DNA of 64,000 nucleotides from Squalus acanthias. Its lineage: Eukaryota. Made by a program: the position numbers and the translations under genes. This document shows positions 50,405 through 61,731 of this stretch, piece by piece. Within the stretch, counting starts at the first letter, position 1, and each line of letters begins with the position of its first letter. Location of the stretch: NCBI GenBank assembly GCA_030390025.1, contig CM059432.1, positions 8,432,001 to 8,496,000 on the forward strand, read 5' to 3'. The notes under the pieces were generated by a model. That model worked only from the letters and a program-made list of their open reading frames with translations. It was not told where the DNA came from and ran no database searches.

Positions 50405-51245
50405 GCTGGCCATTCGGCCCAACTGGTCCGTGCCGGTGTTTCTGCTCCACACAAGCCTCCTCCCACCCCTCTTCATCTCAGCCCATCAACATATCCTTCT
50501 ATTCCTTTCTCCTTCCTGCACTTACCTAACTTCCCCTTAAATTTATCTGTGCTATTCGCCTCAACCACTCCTTGTGGTAGCGAGTTCCACATTCTCACCA
50601 CTCTCTGTGTAAAGAAGTTCCTCTTGAATTCCTGATTGGAATTATTAGTGACCGTCTTATATTTATGGCCCCTAGTTTTGGACTCCCCCACAAGTGGAAA
50701 CATCTTCTCTATGTCTAACCTATCGAATCCCTTCATAATTTTAAAGAAAGAAAGACTTGCATTTCTATAGCGCCTTTCATGACCATCGGACATCCCAAAG
50801 CGCTTTACGGCCAATGAAGTACTTTTTGAAGTGGAGTCACTGTTGTAATGTAGGAAACGCGGCAGCCAATTTGCGCACAGCAAGCTCCCACAAACAGCAA
50901 TGTGATAATGACCAGATAATCTGTTTTTGTGATGTTGATTGAGGGATAAATATTGGCCCAGGACACTGGGGATAACTTCCCTGCTCTTCTTCGAAATAGT
51001 GCCATGGGATCTTTTACATCCACCTGAGAGAGCAGACGGGGTCTCGGTTTAACGTCTCATCTGAAAGACGGCACCTCCGACAGTGCAGCCCTCCCTCAGC
51101 ACTGCACAGGGAGTGTCAGCCTAGATTTTTGTGCTCAAGTCTCTGGAGCGGGACTTGAGCCTACAATCTTCTGACTCAGAGGTGAGGGTGCTACCCACTG
51201 GCTCAGACCTCGATCGGGTCATCGCTCAGCCTTCTCTCTTCTAGA
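50405..51245 (-). mobile_element. CR1 3' fragment with a full-length DeuSINE (50745-51203, -) inserted
   Basis: CR1 FKIMKGFDRL..WNSLP; the SINE has a tRNA head, Deu core and tail. Confidence 0.88.
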
Positions 51246-52164
51246 CCTTTCTCTTTTCCACCTATAACACCTTCTCAAGCCTCATCTTTTGGACTAAACT
51301 TTTTGTCAACCCTTTTCCTTCCTTGATCAGCATATGCTTGCTGCATCGTTTCTTATTTTTTTAAAGCACATCTTTATGTTCATGGTGCGGTATAAATTCA
51401 AGTTGTGTTGTCTGAGTAAATGTTTAAGGACTGGCTGAGTGCAACATAACTGTGGGCTGTATATGTGAATAAGTAGAGACAGTCATCAATCTTTTTCCTT
51501 GACGTATTATGTTCTTGGTTTCTACAATCTGAGCGTCCTCTTTCCAAAGTTGCGGCAAAGTCTGTGGAGGCTTTGGAGGTGAGATGTAACCCGCACTTCA
51601 GCCAAGCAAGAGTCTTTGAACGCAGCACCAAAAATAACATCACTCCCGGCTTAAAAGCCCAAAATGGATGAAGTATTAGGCAGCTGTTAGGCATCTGAGC
51701 AAATGCCACATTCGGTAGATTAAAATAATACACGTCTAAGCTGTGTCATTACATTAGCTTTCTGCGGTATTAACTCTGGGACTTCACTTAAAATGTCATC
51801 TCACATCGGTGTCCAATTTGCATAATTGTAATTATACTCATTTGAGTGGGTGGGCTCCGGTTGCCTAGTGAAGGCGGAAAGGAAATTATTCCACCGAAGA
51901 ATTGACTGTTTGTCATGACTAATTAAATAAAGATGTAATAGTTAAACTCCTTTGTGTCTGTTAATTACCTTTATCTACAAGTACAGGTTTGCGCTCTTGC
52001 TCCTGAAAATTGGCTTGCGATGGGCCAAATTTATTCAACTTTCAGCATTGCAGGGCCTTTAATTCCTTGACCATTAATTTATATTTCTCTTGGCACTGTT
52101 ATCTTATTCTATGTCTGGTTTTAAACATTAAAAATTCCCCACACGCGCAGCAACCTCTAAAGGA

Positions 52165-55100
52165 AGCAATGTGGTTGACTCTTACCTGCCCTCTGAAATG
52201 GCCCAGCAAGACACTCAGTTGCATCAAACCACGAGGAAAAACTACAATAAGAATAAAACCAGACGGGCCACCAGGCACCGACCTCGGCACCGGATTCGGA
52301 CACGACAAAGGCACACCCAGCCCAGTCGACCCTGCAAAGTCCTCCACACTAACAGCTGGGGACTTGTACCAAAATTGGGAGAGCTGTCCCACCGACGAGT
52401 CAAGGCTGATGTAAACAGAATCATACCTTTCAGCCAATGTCCCAGATTCCTCCATCACCATCCCTGGGTATGTCCTGTCCCACCGGCAGGACAGACCCAC
52501 CAGGGGTGGTGGCACAGTTGTATACAGTCGGGAGGGTGTGGCCCTGGGAGTCCTCAACATTGACTCCGGACCCCATGACATCTCATGGCTTCAGGTCAAG
52601 AATGGGCAAGGAAACCTCCTGCTGATTACCACCTACCGCCCTCCCTCAGCTGATGAATCAGTACTCCTCCATGTTGAACACCACTTGGAAGAAGCACTGA
52701 GGGTAGCAAGGGCACAGAATGTAGTCTGGGTGGGGGACTCCAATGTCCATCACCAAGAGTGGCTCGGGAGCACCACTACTGACTGAGCTGGCCGAGTCCT
52801 GAAGGACATAACTGTCCAGGCTGGGCCTGTGGCAGGTGGTGAGAGAACCAACACGAGGGAAAAAGCTACTTGACCTCGTCCTCACCAATCTACCTGTCAC
52901 CAATGCATCTGTCCATGACAGTATTGGTCGGAGTGACCACTGTACAGTCCTTGTGGTGACGAAGTCCCGTCCTCACAATGAGGACAACCTCTATTGTGTT
53001 TTGTAGCACTACCACCGTGCTAAATGGGATAGGTTCAGAGGAGATCGAGCAGCTCAAAACTGGGCATTTATAAAAGAAAGACTTGCATTTATACAGCGCC
53101 TTTCATGACCACCGGACATCCCAAAGTGCTTTACAGCCAATGAAGTACTTTTTGAAGTGTAGTCACTGTTGTAATGTAGGAAACACGGCTGTCAATTTGC
53201 ACACAGCAAGATCCCACAAACAGCAATGTGATAATGACCACACAGTCTGTTTTTTCATGATGTTGATTGAGGGATAAATATTGGCCAGGACACTGGGGAT
53301 AACTCCCCTGCTCTTCTTCAAAATAGTGCCATAGGATCTTTTACGTCCACCTGAGAGAGCAGACAGTGCCTCAGTTTAACATTTCATCTGAAACATGGCA
53401 CCTCTGACAATGTCGTGTTCCCTCAGTACTGCACTGGAGCCTAGATTTTTGGGCAAGAAGTCTCCACAGTGGGACTTGAACCCACAACCTTCTGACTCTA
53501 AAGGAGAGGGTGTTACCAACTGAACCACAGCTGCGGCTTATTAGCAGCAGAATTGTATTCCACCACAATCTGTAACCTCATTGCCTGGCATATCCCTCAC
53601 TCTACCATTACCATCAAGCCAGGGGACCAACCCTGGTTCAATAAGGAGTGCAGAAGAGCATGCCAGGAGCAGCACCAGGCGTACCTAAATATGAGGTGTC
53701 AACCTGGTGAAGCTGCAACACAGGACTACATGCATGCTAAACAGTGGAAGCAGCATGCTATAGACAGAGCTAAGCGATCCCAGAACCAATGGATCAGATC
53801 AAAGCTCGGCAGTCCTGCCACATCCAGTTGTGAATGGTGGTGGACAATTAAGGGGAGGAGGAGGCTCCATGAACACCCCCATTCTCAATGATGGCGGAGC
53901 CCAGTACGTGAGTGCAATATACAAGGCTGAAGCGTTTGCAACCATCTTCAGCCAAAAGTGCCGAGCGGATGATCCATCTTGGCCTCCTCCTGAGGTCCCC
54001 ATCATCACAGAACCAGTCTTCAGCCAATTCGATAAACTCCACATGATATCAAGAAATGGCTGAGTGCACTGGATACAGTAGAGGCCATTGGCCACGACAG
54101 CATCTCGGCTGTAGTGCTGAAGACTTGTGTTCCAGATATCAAATAGGGAATTCAGAAGAAACTTCCTTACCCAGAGAGTGGTGAGAATGTGGAACTTGCT
54201 ACCACAGGGAGTGGTTGAAACAAATAGTATAGGGGCATTTAAGGGAGAAGGGAATAGAGGGTTATGTTGATAGAGTTAGATGAGGAAAGACGGAAGGAGG
54301 CGCGAGTGGAGCATAAACACCGGCATGGACTGTTTGGGCCGAATGGCCTATTTTTGTGCTGTATACCCTACATAATCCATATGTAATTAGCCGTGCAACT
54401 AGCTAAGCTGTTCCAGTACAGCTACAACACTGGCATCTACCCGAGAAAGTGGAAGATTGCCCAGATATGTCCTGTCCACATAAAGCAGGACAAATCTAAT
54501 CCAGCCAATTACTGCCACATCAGTCTACTCGCAATCATCAGTACAGTGATGGAAGGTGTTTTCGACAGTGCTATCAAGCAGAACTTACTCACCAATAACC
54601 TGCTCACTGATGCCCAGTTTGGGATCTGCCAGGACCACTCGGCTCCAGACCTCATTACAGCCTTGGTCCAAACATGGACAAAAGAGCTGAATTCCAGAGG
54701 TGAGGTGAGAGTGACTGCCCTTGACCTCAAGGCAGCATTTGACCGAGTGTGGCATCAAGGAGCCCTAGTAAAACTGAAATCAATGGGAATCAGGAGGAAG
54801 ACGCTCCACTGGCTGGAGTCATACCTAGCACAAAAGAAGATGGTTGTGGTTGTTGGAGGCCAATCATCTCAGTCCCAGGACAACGCTGCAGGAGTTCCTC
54901 AGGGCAGTGTCCTAGGCCCAACCATCTTCAGCTGCTTCATTAATGACCTTCCCTCCATCATAAGGTCAGAAGTGGTGATGTTGGCTGATGATTGCACAGT
55001 GTTTAGTTCCATTTGCAACTGCACAGCAAATGAAGCAGTCCATGCCTGCATGCAGCAAGACCTGGACGACATTCAGGCTTGGGATGATAAAAGGCAAGTA

Positions 55101-55884
55101 ACATTCATGCCACACAAGTGCCAGGCAATGACCATCCAACAAACGAGAGTCTAACCACCTCCCCTTGACATTCAACAGCAATACCATCGCTGAATCCCCC
55201 ACCATCAACATCCTGGAGGTAACCATTGACCAGAAACTTAACTGGACCAGCCACATAAAATACTGTGGCCACAAGAGCAGGCCAGAGGCTGGGTATTCTG
55301 CGACAAGTGACTCATCTACTTACTCCCCAAAGCCTTTCCACCATCTACAAGGCACAAGTCAGGAGTGTGATGGAATACTCTCCACTTGCCTGGATGAGTG
55401 CAGCTCCAACAACACTCAAGAAGCTCGACACCATCCAGGACAAAGCAACTCATTTGATTGGCACCCCATCCACCACCTTAAACATTCACTCCCTCCACCA
55501 CCGGCGTACTGTGGCTGCAGTGTGTACCATCTACAAGATGCACTGTAGCAACTCACCAAGGCTTCTTTGGAAGCACCTCCCAAACCTGCGACCTCTTCCA
55601 CCTAGAAGGACAAGGGCAGCAGGAACATGGGAACACCACCACCTCCAAGTTCCCCTCCAAGTCATACACCAGCCTGACTTGGAAATATATCGCTGTTCCT
55701 TCATCGTCACTAGGTCAAAATCCTGGAACTCCCTCCCTAACAGCACTGTGGGAGTACCATCACTACACGGACTGCAACAGTTCAAGAAGGCGGCTCACCA
55801 CCACCTTCTCCAGGGCAACTAGGGTTGGGCAAGAAATGCTGGCCTTGCCAGCGACGCCCACATCCCGTGAACGAATAAAAAAAA
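52165..55884 (+). mobile_element. Second LINE family (CR1/L2-group, APE-EN + RT), degenerate; nested DeuSINE (53072-53530) and CR1 tail (54138-54385)
   Basis: EN: RQDRPTRGGG, TYRPPS, VGDSNVHH, GRSDH. RT 54393-55154: LDLKAAFDRVWH, GVPQGSVLGP, LADD. C-terminus YKAQVRSVMEY; A-rich tail. Confidence 0.92.
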
Positions 55885-56051
55885 TACATCAATTAGATCA
55901 TAAGGAACTTCAGTGAGATTAGGAATTAATTCTTGGCAATGCATAGAATAAAAGCAGCACCATTGAGAGATAGCTTCATAGTTGGCTAAATAGATTCATA
56001 CTGGCTACAAATTAATGCTGCACTGGGAACCACTGATTCATCAGTGTTAAA

Positions 56052-56462
56052 AGGTTGTGGGTTCAAACCCCACTCCAGAAACTTGAACACATAATCTAGG
56101 CTGACACTCCAGGTGCAGTGCTGAGGGAGCGCTGCACTGCTGGAGGTGCTGTCCTTTGGATGAGATGCTAAAGCGAGGCCCCCTTCTGCCCTCTCAGGTG
56201 GACGGAAAAGATCTCATGGCACTATTTCGAAGTTGACCAGGGGAGTTCTGTCTAGTGTCCTTGCCAATATCCCTCAACCAAAATCAGTAAAACAGATGAT
56301 TTGGATGTTGCAGTTTGTAGGACCTTGCTGTGCGCAAATTGGCTGCTGCATTTCCTATATTACTACAGTGACTACACTTCAAAAGTACTTCAATGCCTCT
56401 GGAGCGCTTCGGGACGTCCTGAGGTTGTGAAAAGCGCTGTATAAATGCAAGTCTTTCTTTCC
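56052..56462 (+). mobile_element. DeuSINE, near full length
   Basis: B box GGTTCAAACC, Deu core, tail. Confidence 0.85.
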
Positions 56463-56732
56463 TTTCTCGTTAGACATTAAAGCCGATCAAGCATCACATT
56501 AGGAAGTTCTGCTCATCACAGCAGATCTGCACCTGCCTAACACCCACCTCCAGCAGGGATTGTGAGATAGTGGCTAGAAAGAAGTAGGAACCCTGGCAGC
56601 TTTCTCCTTGCTAACGCTAGCACACCAAGACCTATTGCAGCACCCCAGCCAACACCCTAGACAGACCAGAGATTGAACTTGAGACCATTACGGCCTGCAT
56701 TGGTTCCATTGCTCACTGCCAAAGCTTGTTGA

Positions 56733-57651
56733 CAAAAGTGAGAAGTCGCACAACACCAGGTTATAGTCCAACAGCTTTATTTGAAATCACAAGCTTTCGG
56801 AGCGGCTGCTCCTTCGTCAGGTGAAGTGAAGAAATACAAATGGGCACAGCATATATAGTCAGAGAACAATGCCTGTGCAGAGAACAATGCCAGACGACTA
56901 CAGTTAATCTTTCTAACTGCCCTTTATCACACCTCGGCAGAGAGACAATCACGGCAATCAAAGGTGTGGATGGTGTCCAACCAGGTCAGTCAGGAAGACA
57001 TTACATCAAAGACAATGGCAAAATACAACAAAGACAATGAGGTGGGGTCACAAGGGGTCTAATGTGGCAGATGTTGCAGTCTGTATGGAAAACCAAAAAC
57101 TTTAAACTTTTTACTTTTTTTACTGGAAATCACAGCAGGTCCGGCCGCATCTGTGAACAAGCCAACGACGACTCGAGTCTGGATGACTCTACGTCAGGTG
57201 GGGTTACATGTAGCGTGACATGAACCCAAGATCCCGGTTGAGGCCGTCCTCATGGGTGCGGAACTTGGCTATCAGTTTCTGCTCGATGATTTTGCGTTGT
57301 CGTGTGTCTCGAAGGCCGCCTTGGAGAACGCTTACCCGAAGATCGGAGGCTGAATGTCCTTGACTGCTGAAGTGTTCCCCGACTGGGAGGGAACACTCCT
57401 GCCTGGCGATTGTTGCGCGGTGCCCGTTCATACGTTGTCGCAGTGTCTGCATGGTCTCGCCGATGTAACATGCTCCGGGGCATCCTTTCCTGCAATGTAT
57501 GAGGTAGACAACGTTGGCCGAGTCACATGAGTATGTACCATGTACCTGGTGGGTAGTGTCCTCACGTGTGATGATGGTATCTGTGTTGATGATCTGGCAT
57601 GTCTTGCAGAGGTTGCCGTGGCAGGGTTCCGTGGTGTCGTGGTCGCTGTTG
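56733..57651 (-). mobile_element. Penelope-like element, 5'-truncated (GIY-YIG endonuclease + 3'UTR + pLTR with hammerhead at 56787-56824)
   Basis: 10-bp TSD AGCTTGTTGA (56723-56732 / 57652-57661). pLTR matches the palindrome arms. Confidence 0.92.
57204..57651 (-). CDS. Penelope GIY-YIG endonuclease domain (C-terminal fragment of the RT-EN polyprotein; open to the stop codon)
   Basis: PCHGNLCKTC Cys linker, NVVYLIHC..C..YIGET..LRQRMNGH, VGEHF..GH, IEQKLI..GLN. Confidence 0.9.
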
Positions 57652-57867
57652 AGCTTGTTGAGCCATCGTGGAGTGCACAATGTTAATTAATATTGATAGA
57701 GCCTACTGTTGTTAATGACATGTTTACGGTAAAGGCTCAGGTTGTGATTTGTGTGGTTTCAGCATGTGGTGAGTGCCATGTCACAATATTGTAGTGAGCC
57801 TATTAGGCACTGATACTCAGGATCTGCTTGCAGTCCCTATACATGCATATGCATCGTGCTCTTTAAA

Positions 57868-58308
57868 GAAAAAAAAAAGAAAGACTTGCATTTATACAGC
57901 ACCTTTCACAATGTCCCAAAGTACTTTACAGCCAACGTTTGCCGTCCAGTCACTGTTGTAATGTGGGAAACGCGGCAGCCAATTTAAACACAGCAAGCTC
58001 CCACAAACGGCACCGTGATAACGACCAGATAATCTGTTTGAGTGATAAATATTGGCCACAACAACAGGGTGAACCCCCCACCTTGCTCATCTTCGAAATA
58101 GCGGCCAAGGGATATTTTACGTCCACCTGAGAAAACAGACAGGGCCTCGGTTTAACGTCTCATCCGAAAGCCGGTGCAGCACTCCTTCGGTACTGCACTG
58201 TACTGTAACATCAGCTTAGAGTATCTGTGCTCAAGTCTCCTGGAGGGGAAATTGAACCCACAACCTTCTAGAGCTCAGAAGTGAGAGTGCTCCCAACTGA
58301 GCCACGGC
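57868..58308 (-). mobile_element. DeuSINE, full length
   Basis: tRNA head at 58250-58305, Deu core, tail. Confidence 0.85.
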
Positions 58309-58339
58309 TGACTTTATACACCGCCCATCTAATGTGTGC

Positions 58340-58667
58340 CATGATGCGGAGATGCCGGTGTTGGACTGGGGTGGACAAATGTGAGAAGTCGCACAACACC
58401 AGGTTATAGTCCAACAGCTTTATTTGAAATCACAAGCTTTCGGAGCTGCTGCTCCTTCGTCAGGTGAAGTGAAGAGATGCATATAGGCACAGCATATAGG
58501 GCAGTTAGAAAGATTAACTGTAGTCGTCTGGCGGTGTTCTCTGACTATATATGCTGTGCCCAAATGCATTTCTTCACTTCACCTGACGAAGGAGCAGCGC
58601 TCCGAAAGCTTGTGATTTCAAATAAAGCGGTTGGACTATAACCTGGTGTTGTGCGACTTCTCACTTT
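58340..58667. mobile_element. Penelope-like pLTR fold-back insertion, copy 3 (tail on the left)
   Basis: Inverted arms with an asymmetric centre. Flanking duplication CATCTAATGT[G/T]TGC (58326-58339 / 58668-58681). Hammerhead motifs at 58430-58467 (-) and 58579-58615 (+). Confidence 0.88.
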
Positions 58668-59087
58668 CATCTAATGTTTGCTACTGCTTTTCATCAAAGG
58701 TTATTATCACTTTGAATTTCAAAGTAGGTTCGAAGCCCATCCACAATCAGTCTCTGTGTGAAAATTTTGGTCAGTACATATCTGATATATGTTAATAAAT
58801 ATGAATGTAATGCCATGTCTACATGCACGCTTAACATAGGTCTTCTTAGCACTACAAGGGGTAACCATAAATGAACATAGAGCTAAGACTGCAGAGAAAC
58901 ATAGGAACCAGGGCATGACATGATGATTGCCAGGGTCCTCACTAATAAATAATAGTTTTGTGTATTAATATTAATGAGCTATGACTGAATGATGTCAAAT
59001 TGTATCAGGAAGTCTTGGACAAGTTGTCAAACTGCAGCACGATACAACGAGCTGATCCGATTACCCTTTGGTGACTACAGGCTATTT

Positions 59088-59485
59088 AAAAAAAATAATT
59101 CTTGGGATGTGGGCATTGCTGGCAAGGCCAGCATTTATTGCCCATCCCTAGCTGCCCTTGAGAAGGTGGTGGTGAGCCGCCTTCTTGAACCGCTGCAGTC
59201 ATGGGGTGAAGGGGTTCCCACAGTGCTGTTAGGATTTGGCCCAGCGATGATGAACGTTGGACGTTAAGCTTCGGCTACTACTTTTTGCGATGAATAGTCT
59301 TTGTTTATTGCTCTCCACCTCTCTCTCCTCCTTTAAGACGCTCCTTAAAACCTACCTCTTTGACCAAGCTTTTGGTCACCTGCGCTAATGTGTGGCTCGG
59401 TGTCAAAGTTTGATTGATAACGCCCCGTGAAGTGCCTTGGGACGCTTTACTACGTTAAAGCGCTATATAAATGCAAGTTGTTGTT
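59088..59485. mobile_element. LINE 3' fragment (59088-59255, -) and L2 3' fragment (59315-59485, +)
   Basis: Match the 3' ends of the 52165 and 24728 families respectively. Confidence 0.75.
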
Positions 59486-60460
59486 TTGGATAGGGGAGTG
59501 GAGCCATGTTTCACAAGGTAGATGTGACAATTAACTGAACAAGTCACACCAACGCATTGAAAAATTCTCCGAGGATTTAGGAAGATCTAAATGGAAAGCA
59601 GCAAGTGGAACATTGAGGAAGAAAAATTGGCTGGCGCTGGCAGTTTGTGTTACTCTGAGACTTGTGCATAGCACTGTTATGACTGGTAATAATGATAATC
59701 TGCTACTTTTTTCTCTCTATCTCTTTGAAGTTCTTTGTATTAAATCAAATGCTTGAATATTTAGCTGGGGCTGTCAGTAGTGTGGCTACTGAAGCCTTTA
59801 GCAACTCAAGCGCATTATCAGCTTGTCAACCATATTCAGAAGCCTAATACAGACTGAGCTAATCTATCTGCCTCAGACTCTAGCCAAGGCATTTTCTAGG
59901 CTTTAATATCTCCCTTGAATTGATTCACTGAGTTTTATTTTGTGTTCACTGTCCATTCTTGTCAGGAAAATATTGGTCATTGTAAAATAAACATCCATAA
60001 CCTTTACTGCACTTTATTACTGTGGTACCTTGTCAATGCATTTATAGCCTTATTCCAGTACAGCTGAATAGGTCTGACAAGTACTCGGAGCAGAATAAGG
60101 GACTGGAATAAATACTCAAACTATACTGGGCAGGTAGGTCTCCATGAGTGTCTCCCACTGTAATATATATGGACCCATTACTTTGCTTTCCATTTTTATT
60201 TTGCAGGAATGATGGATATTCAGCTCAATTTAACATGATTTTTTTTACTGCTTTTCTTTTCCCAACACTCTCTGAAACAAATACAAACTCTAACAGGACG
60301 TATTTGGACTGTCATTGCTTAAAACCCCTATACCTTCTTCATCAGCACCACCCGATCCTGTGACCTCTATTACCAAGAAGGTCAAGCGCAGCAAAAGCAT
60401 GGAACATAGGGACAGGAGGAGGCCATTTAGCCCCTCGTGTCTGTTCCGCCATTCATTGAG

Positions 60461-60868
60461 GTGATTCTGGGAAACAGCAGCCAATCTTCCTGCAGCTGGT
60501 ATCGACCCACTATCCAGATGGAGGGAATCGTGGGACGCATGCAACATAAAGAACCAACACCTCATCACTGACCCACCAGCAGAGGTCCCTGGTTTCGACC
60601 TCCCTCGAAGACAGCGGACGCGCTCAACCGAATCCGCACAGGACACGGGCGATATGGCCACCTGCTCCACAAGTGGAAGGTGAGGGACGACCCAAAGTGC
60701 GACTGTGGCCACGAGTCCCAGACCGTGGAACACATCGCATCAACCTGCCCACTGAGATCTGTTGTGGGAGGCACCTCATTTCTCCACTCGGCATCTCAGG
60801 AGGCCATCGAATGGACAGCCAAACTAGACATCCCATAATAAGCTTCTTCCATCATACGAAACAACAAC
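60461..60868 (+). mobile_element. Vingi/Ingi-like (I-group) LINE 3' fragment inserted in a CR1 tail
   Basis: Frameshifted PGFDLPRRQ..LNRIRTGHGR..LHKW..CDCGHESQTVEHIASTC (CCHC); 3' end CATACGAAACAACAAC; flanking GAG duplication. Confidence 0.8.
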
Positions 60869-61180
60869 GAGATCCTGGCTGATCTGTGACCTAACTCCAT
60901 ATACACCTCCCTCTACAAGTAATACGGGCAGTCGATCTGATTGCATCTGGGCAAAGTGCAGTCGGGGAGCATTTAAGGGGGCAGTCCACCAGATTTTACC
61001 CCTACTTCCCCTGAAGGAATATACAGGAAATACAGGTCATATGAGGGGTTGTGTATAAGGTTGTTCTTCTTAGAACAGAGAAGGCTAAAAAGAGATTTGA
61101 TAGAGGCGTTTAAAATCAAGGGTTTAGCTCGAGTAAATAAAGAGAAACTGTTTCCAATGGCTGAAGGGTCGATAACCAGA

Positions 61181-61352
61181 TGGGCCTCAGTTTAACGTCT
61201 ACATCCTAAAGACGGCACCTCTGACAGTGCAGCACTCCCTCAGTACTGCACAGGAGTGTCGACCTAGATTTCTGTGCTTTAAGTCTCTGGAGTGGGACCT
61301 AGAGCCCACAGCCTTCTGACTCAGAGACAAGCATGCTACCAACTGAGCCACG
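61181..61352 (-). mobile_element. DeuSINE 5' part
   Basis: tRNA head plus start of the Deu core. Confidence 0.75.
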
Positions 61353-61731
61353 GCTGTCCAGAACACTCATTCCCTTCTACATAGACAATGTGAGTCGCTG
61401 TTTCCAGGCAAGGCCTTTGTATTATGTAGAATCATGGAAGTTTACAGCACAGAAGGAAGCCATTTGGCCCATCACTCCTTGCCAGATCTCTGAAAGAACT
61501 ATCCACTTAGTTCTATTCCTCTGCCTTCTTAACCTGCTTTCGTCTAATAATAAGAGTCAGTTTATTTATCTCCTTGTAACTGAAGCCTCTCGTCCTTAGT
61601 ATCATCTTAGAGAACCTCTTTATGGCCTTGACATCCTTCCTATGTAACGGTGCCTGAAACAAGACAGTACCTAACCAATAATATAGATCGGTGTAGCAAT
61701 ACCTCTTTGGTTTATGCTCTATGTCTCTATG

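Noticed and set aside
58719..58916. 65-aa ORF with a signal-peptide-like N-terminus
   Set aside because: Short, no recognisable family or supporting gene structure; compatible with chance.
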